Of a stretch of 64,000 bases of DNA, positions 49,740-58,468 are shown piece after piece. Each line of letters opens with the position of its first letter. Position 1 is the first letter of the stretch. Below the pieces are notes generated by a model. It ran no database searches. It was not told the DNA's origin and saw only the letters and a list, made by a program, of their open reading frames with translations. A program made the position numbers and the translations under genes. The stretch is from Candidatus Rokuibacteriota bacterium (GTDB taxonomy: Bacteria; Methylomirabilota; Methylomirabilia; Rokubacteriales; CSP1-6): NCBI GenBank assembly GCA_003221635.1, contig QHSR01000260.1, forward strand, positions 13,809 to 77,808, given 5' to 3'.

Positions 49740-50942
49740 ATGACCCGCCTGCGCTCCATCGGGCTCGTGCACTACCACGAGCTCGGCCTCAAACGGGGCA
49801 ACCGGCCGCTCTTCCTGCGCCACCTCGCGCGAAACCTCCGGCGCGCAACGTCGGACCTGGCGCCAGTGAGGCTGCGGCAGGTCTCGGGTCGGCTGCTGCT
49901 CGACCTCGAGGACCACCCCGATCCCGCGGCGGTCCGCGATCGGGTCCGCCGCGTATGCGGGGTCTCGAGCGTGGCGCTCGCCTATCGCATCGTCTCGACC
50001 GTCGAGGCGATGAAGGCGGTCATCGCGCGGTTCGTCGACGGACGCAGCTTCGCATCGTTCCGGATCACCGCGCGCCGGGCGTTCAAGACGTACCCGATGA
50101 CGAGCGTGGAGCTGAACCGCGAGCTGGGCGCGTTCGTGCTCCAGCGCGTCGCCTCGCGCGTCGACCTGCGCCACCCCGAGCTCGAGATCCACGTCGAGGT
50201 GATGCCCGCCGAGACGTTCGTGTACGTCGACCCCGTCGCGGGTCCAGGAGGATTACCGGTGGGCGCGAGCGGTACGGTGGCCGCGCTGCTGTCGGGCGGG
50301 ATCGATTCCCCTGTCGCGGCCTGGCGGATGATGAAGCGCGGATGCCGCGTCGTCTTCGTGCACTTCCACAGCGTGCCGTACCTGCCGCCGGTCTCTCAGG
50401 CCAAAGCCCGCGCCCTCGTCGGGGTGTTGACCCAGTGGCAGTACGACTCGAAGCTCGTCCTGGTGCCCTTCGGCGAGATCCAGCGCGAGGTGGTGCTCAC
50501 CGTCCCGCCCCCCGCCCGGGTCGTCGTCTACCGGCGGCTCATGGTACGGATCGCCGAGGCGCTGGCCAGGAAACACGGCGCGGTGGCGTTGGCGACCGGC
50601 GAGAGTCTCGGCCAGGTGGCGTCGCAGACCCTCCCGAACATCGCGCGGGTCGACGAGGTCGCGGGGATGCCGATCCTGAGGCCGCTGATCGGCATGGACA
50701 AGCTCGAGATCACCGAGGAGGCGCGGCGGCTCGGGACGTTCGAGATCTCGATCGAGCCGGATGCCGACTGCTGCACGCTGTTCGTCCCCAAGCACCCCGC
50801 GACGCGGATGTCGGAACACGAGGTCGGCACCGTCGAGGCGCGCCTCGAGATCCCGCGCCTGGTCGCGTCGGGGTGTGACGGCGCTTCGGTCGAGGCGTTC
50901 GAATTCCCGGCGGGCGCTTCCACCGAGCTGGGATGCGAATGA
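49740..50942 (+). CDS. thiI: tRNA 4-thiouridine(8) synthase ThiI
   Basis: 400 aa. THUMP-type N-terminal half and PP-loop LLSGGIDSPVAAW. Confidence 0.9.
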   Translation: MTRLRSIGLVHYHELGLKRGNRPLFLRHLARNLRRATSDLAPVRLRQVSGRLLLDLEDHPDPAAVRDRVRRVCGVSSVALAYRIVSTVEAMKAVIARFVDGRSFASFRITARRAFKTYPMTSVELNRELGAFVLQRVASRVDLRHPELEIHVEVMPAETFVYVDPVAGPGGLPVGASGTVAALLSGGIDSPVAAWRMMKRGCRVVFVHFHSVPYLPPVSQAKARALVGVLTQWQYDSKLVLVPFGEIQREVVLTVPPPARVVVYRRLMVRIAEALARKHGAVALATGESLGQVASQTLPNIARVDEVAGMPILRPLIGMDKLEITEEARRLGTFEISIEPDADCCTLFVPKHPATRMSEHEVGTVEARLEIPRLVASGCDGASVEAFEFPAGASTELGCE

Positions 50943-51267
50943 CCGCCACGCTCACGTTCCTGGGCGCCACCCCGAGGAGCATGACGCGGCGATGACGCAG
51001 CTCACCGCCGAAGGCAAGCGGGCGTTCGTGCCGTCGCGCTTTCATCTGTGCCCCACGTCCGACGACTCGAGGAAGCTGAACGGTGTCGCGGGCCCGGGGG
51101 TCATCATCGCGGGGAGCGGCATGGCGACGGGAGGCCGAATCCTCCACCACCTCCGCCATCGTCTTCCCGACGAGGCCTCGGCCGCCGCCGCCCTTCGGGC
51201 CGCCATCGAGCAGCATCTCGGGTGGCGATGCGCCGTCGCCGCCGACCGCCAGCAGATCGACCTCTGA
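50939..51267 (+). pseudogene. relic of an MBL-fold beta-CASP metallo-hydrolase (RNA-specificity-domain family), about 110 of about 450 codons left
   Basis: ATG 50939 in frame 2 gives MTATLTFLGAT. Frame 1 then gives HPEEHDAAM..SRKLNGVAGPGVIIAGSGMATGGRILHHLRHRLPDE, joined directly to the extreme C-terminus ASAAAALRAAIEQHLGWRCAVAADRQQIDL*. Confidence 0.55.
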
Positions 51268-51338
51268 AGCTTGGATCGGGCGGACTGCGTCTCCCGAGGC
51301 CGCCGTCGAGACTCGAATCCCCCATTATGTTGTTGGCT

Positions 51339-51368
51339 TGACACGCCGGAGCCACAACCGATATGGTG
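51339..51368 (+). promoter_or_regulatory. putative promoter TTGACA-18-TATGGT immediately in front of the rpiB ATG (leaderless candidate)
   Basis: -35 at 51339-51344 and -10 at 51363-51368, with ATG at 51374 and no SD. Confidence 0.4.
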
Positions 51369-51373
51369 CCGCT

Positions 51374-51847
51374 ATGACTATCGTCGGTCTGGGCGCGGAC
51401 CACGCCGGCTTTCCCTTGAAGGAGGACCTCAAGGCATGGCTGATCGCCCGCGGCTACGACGTCGTCGACCTCGGGACCCAGTCGACCGAATCCGTCGACT
51501 ACCCCGACTACGCGGCCGCGGTGGGGAGCGCGGTGACCACCGGCAAGGCCGACTGCGGCGTCCTCGTGTGTGGAACTGGAATCGGGATGGCGATGGCGGC
51601 GAACAAGGTTTCCGGTGTCCGGGCCGCGGCATGCAGTGACGCCTACACCGCGCGGATGAGCCGCGAGCACAACGACGCCAACATCCTGGCGCTGGGGGCG
51701 CGGATCACCGGACGCGACGCCGCGATCGAGATTCTCGAAACCTGGCTGGAGGCGGAGTTCGCGGGCGGCCGGCATGCCCGACGGGTGGACAAGATCGTCG
51801 AGCTCGACCGCGCGCGAGGCCAGGAGACTCCCGATGACCCTCGCTGA
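51374..51847 (+). CDS. rpiB: ribose 5-phosphate isomerase B
   Basis: 157 aa. [29 protein letters not shown] and [12 protein letters not shown]. Confidence 0.9.
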   Translation: MTIVGLGADHAGFPLKEDLKAWLIARGYDVVDLGTQSTESVDYPDYAAAVGSAVTTGKADCGVLVCGTGIGMAMAANKVSGVRAAACSDAYTARMSREHNDANILALGARITGRDAAIEILETWLEAEFAGGRHARRVDKIVELDRARGQETPDDPR

Positions 51848-53078
51848 CGTCGACCCCGAGATCGCGAAGGCCGTGCGCGAGGAGGCGCAGCGGCAGCACA
51901 GGAACCTCGAGCTGATCGCCTCCGAGAACTTCGTGTCCGAAGCGGTGCTCGAGGCGGTGGGGTCGGTGCTGACCAACAAGTACGCCGAGGGGTACCCCGG
52001 ACGTCGCTACTACGGAGGCTGCGAGATCGTCGACATCGTCGAGGATCTCGCCATCACCCGCGCCAAGGAGCTCTTCGGAGCGGAGCACGTCAACGTGCAG
52101 CCCCATTCGGGCGCCCAGGCCAACATGGCGGTCTATTTCACGCTCCTGAAACCTGGCGATACCGTGCTCGGGCCCAACCTCTCCCACGGCGGGCATCTGA
52201 CGGCCGGCAGCCCGGTGAACTACTCCGGCAAGTTCTACTCGATCGTCGCGTACGGCGTACGCAAGGACACGGAGCGGATCGATTTGGATCAGGTACGCGA
52301 CCTGGCGCGCCAGCACCGACCCAAGCTGATCATCGCCGGGGGCTCCGCCTTCCCGCGGGCAATCGACTTCGCCCCGTTCCGTGACATCGCGCGCGAGGTC
52401 GGCGCGCGGCTCATGGCCGACATCGCCCATCCGGCGGGGCTGGTCGCGGCGGGGCTACACCCATCGCCGGTCGGCGTCGCGGACTTCGTCACGACGACGA
52501 CTCACAAGACGTTGCGGGGTCCACGGGGCGGCATGGTCATGTGCGGGTCTGAGCATGCGCAGGCGCTCGACAAGACCGTCATGCCCGGGGTTCAGGGTGG
52601 TCCGCTGATGCACGTGATCGCCGGAAAGGCCGTGGCGTTTCGCGAGGCCTTGACGCCGGCATGGCGCGAGTACCAGAAGCAGATCGTGAAGAACGCGGCG
52701 GCGCTCGCCTCGGCGCTCGTCGAGCGCGGCTATCGGCTCGTGACGGGGGGCACCGACACCCACCTCATGCTGCTGGACCTCACGAGCCGGAACATTACCG
52801 GCAAGGACGCCCAGGAAGCGCTCGACCGGGCGTGGATCACCGTGAACAAGAACACGGTGCCGTTCGAGACGCGTGGCCCCATGGTGACGAGCGGCGTCCG
52901 GATCGGCACGCCGGCCGTCACCTCGCGAGGCATGCGTGAGGCCGAGATGGCCGAGATCGCGCGCCTCACCGACCGCGTGCTGTCCAATCTCGGATCTTCC
53001 TCCGTGGAGGCGGCGGTACGGGGCGAGGTGCAGGAGCTGACGAACCGGTTCCCGCTCTATCCGGACAGAACCCACTGA
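51834..53078 (+). CDS. glyA: serine hydroxymethyltransferase
   Basis: ATG 51834. [23 protein letters not shown] and [14 protein letters not shown] (PLP lysine). Confidence 0.95.
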   Translation: MTLADVDPEIAKAVREEAQRQHRNLELIASENFVSEAVLEAVGSVLTNKYAEGYPGRRYYGGCEIVDIVEDLAITRAKELFGAEHVNVQPHSGAQANMAVYFTLLKPGDTVLGPNLSHGGHLTAGSPVNYSGKFYSIVAYGVRKDTERIDLDQVRDLARQHRPKLIIAGGSAFPRAIDFAPFRDIAREVGARLMADIAHPAGLVAAGLHPSPVGVADFVTTTTHKTLRGPRGGMVMCGSEHAQALDKTVMPGVQGGPLMHVIAGKAVAFREALTPAWREYQKQIVKNAAALASALVERGYRLVTGGTDTHLMLLDLTSRNITGKDAQEALDRAWITVNKNTVPFETRGPMVTSGVRIGTPAVTSRGMREAEMAEIARLTDRVLSNLGSSSVEAAVRGEVQELTNRFPLYPDRTH

Positions 53079-53121
53079 AGCCGGGACATGACCGTACCGG
53101 CGTGAGAGGAGAGGGGGCCCG

Positions 53122-53625
53122 ATGAAATGCCCGTTTTGTGGCCACACGGAGGATCGGGTCGTCGACTCGCGGGTAGGCCGGGAAGGGGAGTTCATCCGGC
53201 GCCGGCGTGAGTGCCTCAAGTGTCACCGCCGCTACACGACCTACGAGTACATCGAGGACGTCCTGCCCCACGTGGTCAAGCGCGATGGGCGGCGCGAGCC
53301 CTTCGATCGGCAGAAGCTCCGCGGCTCGATCCTCAAGGCGTGCGAGAAGCGGTCGGTGGGGGTTCAGGCCGTCGATGACGTCGTCGTCGACATCGAGGCC
53401 CAGCTTCACGAGCGCGCCGAGAAAGAGGTCAGCAGCGAGGAGCTGGGTCGCGTCGTCATGGAGCACCTGCAACGGCTCGATCCGGTCGCCTATGTGCGGT
53501 TCGCCTCGGTGTATCGGCAGTTCAAGGATATCGGCCAATTCGTCGAGGAAGTGAAGGGGCTCCAGAAGGACGACAAGACGAAGCTCGTTCCCGCCAAGCC
53601 TCGGCCCCTCGCCAAAACGAAATAG
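53122..53625 (+). CDS. nrdR: transcriptional repressor NrdR
   Basis: 167 aa. Zinc ribbon MKCPFCGH..RRRRECLKCHRRYTTYE plus an ATP-cone. Confidence 0.93.
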   Translation: MKCPFCGHTEDRVVDSRVGREGEFIRRRRECLKCHRRYTTYEYIEDVLPHVVKRDGRREPFDRQKLRGSILKACEKRSVGVQAVDDVVVDIEAQLHERAEKEVSSEELGRVVMEHLQRLDPVAYVRFASVYRQFKDIGQFVEEVKGLQKDDKTKLVPAKPRPLAKTK

Positions 53626-53648
53626 ATAGCGCGGCCCTGTCGCTGAGA

Positions 53649-53677
53649 GGAGACCCGAGGAGGGTTCGCGGGTCTCC
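53649..53677. terminator. hairpin between nrdR (+) and the minus-strand mini-ORF (possible bidirectional terminator, no U-run)
   Basis: GGAGACCCG aggagggttcg CGGGTCTCC: 9-bp perfect stem and 11-nt loop. Confidence 0.35.
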
Positions 53678-53715
53678 ACCTCATGTTCAGACAGGGCCGA
53701 GCGCCGCGGAGCCCC

Positions 53716-53754
53716 TTACTTCTTCTTCTTCTTGGTCGCCTTCTTCTTCGCCAC
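53716..53754 (-). CDS. candidate 12-aa polylysine mini-ORF MAKKKATKKKKK (GTG start; an in-frame ATG at 53772 would give the 18-aa MKGGDAVAKKKATKKKKK)
   Basis: Minus strand reads GGAGGT-gacgca-GTG GCG AAG AAG AAG GCG ACC AAG AAG AAG AAG AAG TAA, downstream of a near-consensus promoter. Too short for any statistical support. Confidence 0.3.
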   Translation of the reverse strand: MAKKKATKKKKK

Positions 53755-53800
53755 TGCGTCACCTCCCTTCATCGGCGTGGTCGAGCTACCTCTGATCGGC

Positions 53801-53829
53801 ATGCTAGTGAGGCCGCCAAATTCTGTCAA
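53801..53829 (-). promoter_or_regulatory. near-consensus sigma70 promoter on the minus strand (TTGACA-17-TAGCAT)
   Basis: Reverse complement of 53801-53830 is CTTGACAGAATTTGGCGGCCTCACTAGCAT. It lies in the most AT-rich patch of the window. Confidence 0.5.
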
Positions 53830-53985
53830 GAGTAAAATCCCATATATAGGGGGTCGGCGAGGCCGCGGCTCCCAGATCTGGGGTGAACACAGGTTTGACT
53901 TTGCTAGCGACCCCGATGTAGCGTGAGCGCAAGATCGAAGTACGGCCCTTCACCCAAATACCCGCTCCCGAGGAGACCTCCGTCG

Positions 53986-55803
53986 ATGAGACGCACACTT
54001 AAGAAGCTTGTGTTCGTCGAGCCGAAATCGACACATCTGCACATCTACAGCCGGGTCTGCATTCCGCGTCTTGGCTCGGTGCTCCTGGCCACGATCATGC
54101 GCACCAAGGGTTACGACGTCCGGGTCTACATCGAGGACATCCACGACGTCGACATGAAGGAGGTCCTCTCGGCCGACCTCGTGGCGATCTCCGCGATCAC
54201 CTCGACGGCGCCCCAGTCATACCGACTTGCCGACGCGGTGAGGGAGGCGGGCGCGATTGCCGTGCTCGGGGGAACGCACGTGAGCTTCCTGCCCGAGGAG
54301 GGACTCGAGCACGCGGACTTCGTGGTTCGCGGCGAGGGAGAGTTCGCGTTTCAGGAGCTGGTCGACGCGATCCAGGCGGGACACGGGTTCGAGCAGATCA
54401 AGAACCTGTCGTACCTCGCGGACGGTCGCCCGGTCCATCTCCCGGAGCGCCCGAAGATCCCGAACCTCGACGTCAACCCGATCCCGGACTATCGGCTCAT
54501 TACGGGCTGGAAACCGGGCGGGGTCATCTCGGTCGCTACCTCGCGCGGCTGCCCGTTCTCGTGCACCTTCTGCTCGGTGCCCGGGATGTACGGGCACGCC
54601 TTCCGCACGCACTCCGTCGAGCGCGTGCTGCAGGAGCTCGAGGTCCATCGGGGCAACCTCTACACCTTCTTCGCCGACGACATCTTCACCGCGAACAAGA
54701 AGCGGTGCAAAGAGCTGCTCCGCGGAATGATCGATCACGACCTGACGCCCGACTGGGGCGCCCAGGTGCGAACGGAGACCGTCGACGATCCGGAGCTCCT
54801 CCAGCTCATGCGCGACTCCCGCTGCTTCAACGTCTACGTCGGGTTCGAGTCCATCAATCCGCGGACGCTCAAGCTCTTCCAGAAGAAGCAGGATCTCGCC
54901 AAGATCGAGCGGTCGATCGAGCGCTTCCACGCCCACAACATCCGCATCCACGGCATGTTCGTGGTGGGCTCGGACGAGGACGACGTCGAGACGATCGACG
55001 CCACCGCGGAGTTCGCCCTGAAGAACGATATCGACTCCATCCAGTTCATGATCCTCACGCCGATCCCCGGCTCCCCGGACTGGGATCAGCTCTACGACCG
55101 CGGCGAGAAATACGTCATCAGCAAGAACTGGCAGTTCTACGACGGCCACCACGTCGTCCACCAGCCCCGGCGGATGAGCCCCTACGAGCTACAGATGGGG
55201 GCGCTCAACGCGATGGCCAAGTTCTACTCCTGGCGCGGGATCGCCAAGAAGATCTTCAAGGGGGACAAGTACTACGCGGCCATCCGTTACTTCGGCAAGC
55301 GGATGATCCGCGACTGGTGGAAGGACGACGAGAATCGTCAGCACGTGGAGTGGCTCAAGGCCCAGCTGTACTCGGACGCGAAGGAGCTCGGGCATCGCGC
55401 GCTGCAGCGGGTCGGGCTCCCGGCGATCCTGCTCCAGGATTCGGTGGGCCGCCTGCTCCAGCGTTTCCTGGGTGAGCTCGGCGTGACCGTCGTCCCGCTC
55501 GCCGAGGCGGCGGCCGAAGGCGCGGCGCGCGCGCGCGAGACGGTCGACTGCGTGATCACGCCGATCGTCAAGCGCGCCGTCAAGGAGCGCGAGGAGTTCT
55601 ACACGAACCTTGCGGCCGTGAACGCCTTGCTCCTGAGCCGGTGGGAAAAACTTCCGCGGGTGAGCTTCCCGCTCCTCGACGGTCAGGGGCCGGTGTTCGA
55701 GCCGTTCGCGAAGATCGGGCTCCTCTTCACCAAGAATCTCGATCGCATCCGCGACGCCTACAAGACCGCCGGCGTCGCCGAGGGTCTCTGGGAAGCGGCC
55801 TAG
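53986..55803 (+). CDS. B12-binding-domain radical SAM protein with an unassigned C-terminal extension of about 170 aa
   Basis: AGGAGA RBS then ATG 53986. N-terminal cobalamin-binding-like fold (VAISAITSTA..VLGGTHVS..VVRGEGE) and radical SAM motif SRGCPFSCTFCSV. Confidence 0.88.
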   Translation: MRRTLKKLVFVEPKSTHLHIYSRVCIPRLGSVLLATIMRTKGYDVRVYIEDIHDVDMKEVLSADLVAISAITSTAPQSYRLADAVREAGAIAVLGGTHVSFLPEEGLEHADFVVRGEGEFAFQELVDAIQAGHGFEQIKNLSYLADGRPVHLPERPKIPNLDVNPIPDYRLITGWKPGGVISVATSRGCPFSCTFCSVPGMYGHAFRTHSVERVLQELEVHRGNLYTFFADDIFTANKKRCKELLRGMIDHDLTPDWGAQVRTETVDDPELLQLMRDSRCFNVYVGFESINPRTLKLFQKKQDLAKIERSIERFHAHNIRIHGMFVVGSDEDDVETIDATAEFALKNDIDSIQFMILTPIPGSPDWDQLYDRGEKYVISKNWQFYDGHHVVHQPRRMSPYELQMGALNAMAKFYSWRGIAKKIFKGDKYYAAIRYFGKRMIRDWWKDDENRQHVEWLKAQLYSDAKELGHRALQRVGLPAILLQDSVGRLLQRFLGELGVTVVPLAEAAAEGAARARETVDCVITPIVKRAVKEREEFYTNLAAVNALLLSRWEKLPRVSFPLLDGQGPVFEPFAKIGLLFTKNLDRIRDAYKTAGVAEGLWEAA

Positions 55804-55862
55804 TCGGCCGGGGCGGGGACGGGCTCAGGAGGCGGCCGCCCCCTGAGCCCGCCCCGGCCGAC
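55803..55862. terminator. 60-nt near-perfect palindrome between the convergent radical SAM and PRTase genes (bidirectional terminator candidate)
   Basis: GTCGGCCGGGGCGGG[GACGGG]CTCAGGAGGCGGC|CGCCCCCTGAGCCCGCCCCGGCCGAC, centred on GGCGGCCGCC, with a 6-nt bulge in the left arm. Confidence 0.55.
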
Positions 55863-55863
55863 G

Positions 55864-56547
55864 CTACGCTTCTTTGGGCTCTTGGACCGATGAGGGCCGG
55901 CGGGCGTGGCGGCGGCGCACGAACTCCTCGTTCAACGGCACGCCCTTCTTGCAGAAGGGGCATTGGTCCGGATCGTAGGTCGGGAAGTCGCGGCTCACGA
56001 GACTGAAGACGGACCGGTTGTCGAGATCGACCGACGTCCGACGCCAGAGACAGCCGATACCAACCACGAGCGCGCCCAGCTGCTCCACGAGATTGATCAG
56101 CAAGTTCAGCGTCGAGCCGGTGCTGACCAGATCCTCGACCAGCAGGACCTTGGCGCCGGGCCTGATCAGGCGCTGGAACTCGACGGGGAGGGAGACGCGC
56201 CGTTTGCCCCCCGACAACCCCTTGGCCCCGTAGACGACCACCGGCCGCGAGGGATGGGCGCGCGCCACGCAGTGCGACAGGATCAGCGCGCCCGGGCCCG
56301 TCGACAGGACCATATCGACCGGCCACTGGGCGAAGTGCTTGGCGATCACGGCGCCGAGGCCCTCCGTGAACGAGGGCTCCGTGGTGACCAGCGTCTTCTC
56401 GATGTACTCCGACGTGTGCTGGCCCGAGGGCAGCAGGATGTGGTCGTTGGAGTGATAGGCGCCGGTGCGCTTGAGGATCTCGAGGTGAATCTTCTCCCTG
56501 ACTTCGGTCTCGACGGCGGCGGGGTCTTTCCTGGCGGCTGCGCTCAT
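55864..56547 (-). CDS. type I phosphoribosyltransferase (orotate PRTase-like)
   Basis: ATG 56547 after GAGGAGG. 227 aa. PRPP loop KVLLVEDLVSTGST. Only the 3-prime 227 codons of the 480-aa ORF 55864-57306 are credible. Confidence 0.8.
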   Translation of the reverse strand: MSAAARKDPAAVETEVREKIHLEILKRTGAYHSNDHILLPSGQHTSEYIEKTLVTTEPSFTEGLGAVIAKHFAQWPVDMVLSTGPGALILSHCVARAHPSRPVVVYGAKGLSGGKRRVSLPVEFQRLIRPGAKVLLVEDLVSTGSTLNLLINLVEQLGALVVGIGCLWRRTSVDLDNRSVFSLVSRDFPTYDPDQCPFCKKGVPLNEEFVRRRHARRPSSVQEPKEA

Positions 56548-56625
56548 CCGGGCCCTCCTCGGCGCATTATCGCACGCGGCGGAACGCCGCCGAGTGGCGC
56601 TTTGGACGCATGCTAGACTCCCTTC

Positions 56626-57300
56626 ATGCGCGTGCTCGCCGTGGAGACCTCGACGCTCGCCGGCGGCGCCGCGCTCCTCGACGGCGAGGTCGTCGTCGGT
56701 GAGTACGCGCTCGACGTCGGCGCGACGCACTCCGAGCGCCTGATGGGCGCCATCGACCGGCTCTTGACCGACGCGGGCTGGACGGTCCGCGACCTCGAGG
56801 GGCTCGCGGTCTCCGTGGGGCCGGGCTCGTTCACGGGACTTCGAATCGGGCTCAGCACCGTCAAGGGGCTGGCGCTTGCCCTGTCCATCCCGATCGTGGC
56901 CGTGCCGACGCTCGACGCGATGGCGGCTCTCCTGCCGTTCGCCGCGTTGCCGGTGTGCCCCGTTCTCGACGCTCGCAAACGCGAGGTCTACGCGTCGCTC
57001 TATCAATGGGACGGCGCCGGCATGCGCCGAGTCTGGGACTACCTGGCCATCACGCCCGCGGATCTCGTCCGACGCCTGGACGAGCCGGTGATCGTCCTCG
57101 GCGACGCGGCGGACCAGATCCAGTCGCCGTATGCGCGGCGGATCCGGCCCCCGCGGCGCGGGCCCTCTCCGGCGTCCGTGGGTGCTCTGGGATCCTCGCG
57201 CCTCGCGATCGGTGACACGGTCGCGCCAGCCGATCTCGTGCCGATCTATCTCCGGCCCTCGGAGGCCGAGCTGAAGCGTCGCGGTGCCGCTGTCCGTTGA
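56626..57300 (+). CDS. tsaB: tRNA threonylcarbamoyladenosine biosynthesis protein TsaB
   Basis: 224 aa. MRVLAVETST and AVSVGPGSFTGLRIGLSTVKGLA. Confidence 0.88.
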   Translation: MRVLAVETSTLAGGAALLDGEVVVGEYALDVGATHSERLMGAIDRLLTDAGWTVRDLEGLAVSVGPGSFTGLRIGLSTVKGLALALSIPIVAVPTLDAMAALLPFAALPVCPVLDARKREVYASLYQWDGAGMRRVWDYLAITPADLVRRLDEPVIVLGDAADQIQSPYARRIRPPRRGPSPASVGALGSSRLAIGDTVAPADLVPIYLRPSEAELKRRGAAVR

Positions 57301-57304
57301 CCGC

Positions 57305-57754
57305 ATGCGCTCCGAAGACCTCGACGAGATCCTCGGGATCGAGCGCGCGTCGTTCTCGATGCCCTGGTCGCGGGGTGCCTTCCTGTACGAGATGCAGCAG
57401 AACCGGGTCGCCCGCTGCTGGGTGATGCGCGAGGACGCTCGGGTGGTCGGCTACCTCTGTCTGTGGGAGGTCGCGGACGAGGTGCACATCACCAATATCG
57501 CGGTCAGTCCCGACTGCCGGCGCCGGGGTCTCGGGCGCACTCTGCTCGGCGGCGTCCTGGACGAGGCCCGACAGCGCCGGATCAGGCTCGTCGTCCTCGA
57601 AGTGCGACCGAGCAACACCGAAGCGCGAACGCTCTATGAATCCTTTGGGTTCCGTGTCGTTGGCCGCCGGCGCGGGTATTACTACGACACCGGAGAGGAC
57701 GCGCTCGTCATGGAGGCGGCCCTCCAGGCGGCGCAGCCGGGAACCCGTGCCTAG
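57305..57754 (+). CDS. rimI: ribosomal-protein-alanine N-acetyltransferase (alternative GTG start at 57284)
   Basis: GNAT fold. ITNIAVSPDCRRRGLGRTLL acetyl-CoA motif. tsaB-rimI context. Confidence 0.85.
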   Translation: MRSEDLDEILGIERASFSMPWSRGAFLYEMQQNRVARCWVMREDARVVGYLCLWEVADEVHITNIAVSPDCRRRGLGRTLLGGVLDEARQRRIRLVVLEVRPSNTEARTLYESFGFRVVGRRRGYYYDTGEDALVMEAALQAAQPGTRA

Positions 57755-57818
57755 CCTCGCCCGTTCGTGGTATTAAGGCCGCGCGCGGCCGCTACCAAGG
57801 CTCCAGAGGAGATTCGTC

Positions 57819-58466
57819 GTGACCTGGGGGATGACTGCGCTCGCGACACTCGTGGTCGTCGTGGTCACGTCGTCCGGCCCGGTGCTCGCCGAGACCATGG
57901 CGCTCAAGCTTCTCCCGAACTACTCTCGGGCCACGTTCAAGAGCGACGCGCTGCTCGAGACCTTCGTCGGCAACACCGCCGCCGAAGGCGTCGCCGGCAC
58001 GTTGACCGTCGACCCGGCCCGCCCTCAAGGCGCCTCCGGAATGGTCAAGGTCGACATGAACCTGGTCAGGACGGGTATCGACAAGCGGGACGCCGACATG
58101 CGCGGCAAGAACTTCCTCGATACCGAGGTCGACGCCAACCGATGGGTCACGTTCGAAATGAAGAGCGTGGAGATCGCCGGGCCACTCGAGCCCGGAAAGG
58201 CGATCCCGGCCAAGGTACGAGGCATCCTGACGGTGAAGCAGAAGCCGGTCGAGCGGGTCGCCGACGCGACCGTCACCTGGATCAAGCTCACACCCGAGCA
58301 GGTCGAAAGCCAGAAGCGGTTCGGCTTCACGGCGGACAATATCAAGGTGCGAGCCCGGTTCGGGACGACCTTCACCGACCACGGCATGCAGGTACCGCAG
58401 CTGCTCATCTTCAAGGTCTCGAACGATATTCAGCTGGAGACCGACCTGACCTTCGCTCGCCAATAG
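57819..58466 (+). CDS. secreted YceI-family (polyisoprenoid-binding) protein
   Basis: GTG start after AGAGGAG. Signal peptide ..VTSSGPVLAET. LVRTGIDKRDADMRGKNFLD..WVTFEMKSV..GILTVKQKP. Confidence 0.8.
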   Translation: MTWGMTALATLVVVVVTSSGPVLAETMALKLLPNYSRATFKSDALLETFVGNTAAEGVAGTLTVDPARPQGASGMVKVDMNLVRTGIDKRDADMRGKNFLDTEVDANRWVTFEMKSVEIAGPLEPGKAIPAKVRGILTVKQKPVERVADATVTWIKLTPEQVESQKRFGFTADNIKVRARFGTTFTDHGMQVPQLLIFKVSNDIQLETDLTFARQ

Positions 58467-58468
58467 GG

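Noticed and set aside
53716-53772. Polylysine mini-ORF as a lysine-sensing leader peptide or attenuator
   Set aside because: No gene lies downstream on the minus strand (nrdR converges from the other side), so there is nothing to attenuate. It is kept only as a stand-alone candidate in the findings.
55864-57306. 480-aa minus-strand ORF
   Set aside because: Only the 3-prime 227 codons (from ATG 56547, with a GAGGAGG RBS) resemble a PRTase. The 5-prime part is antisense to tsaB and has no motif content.
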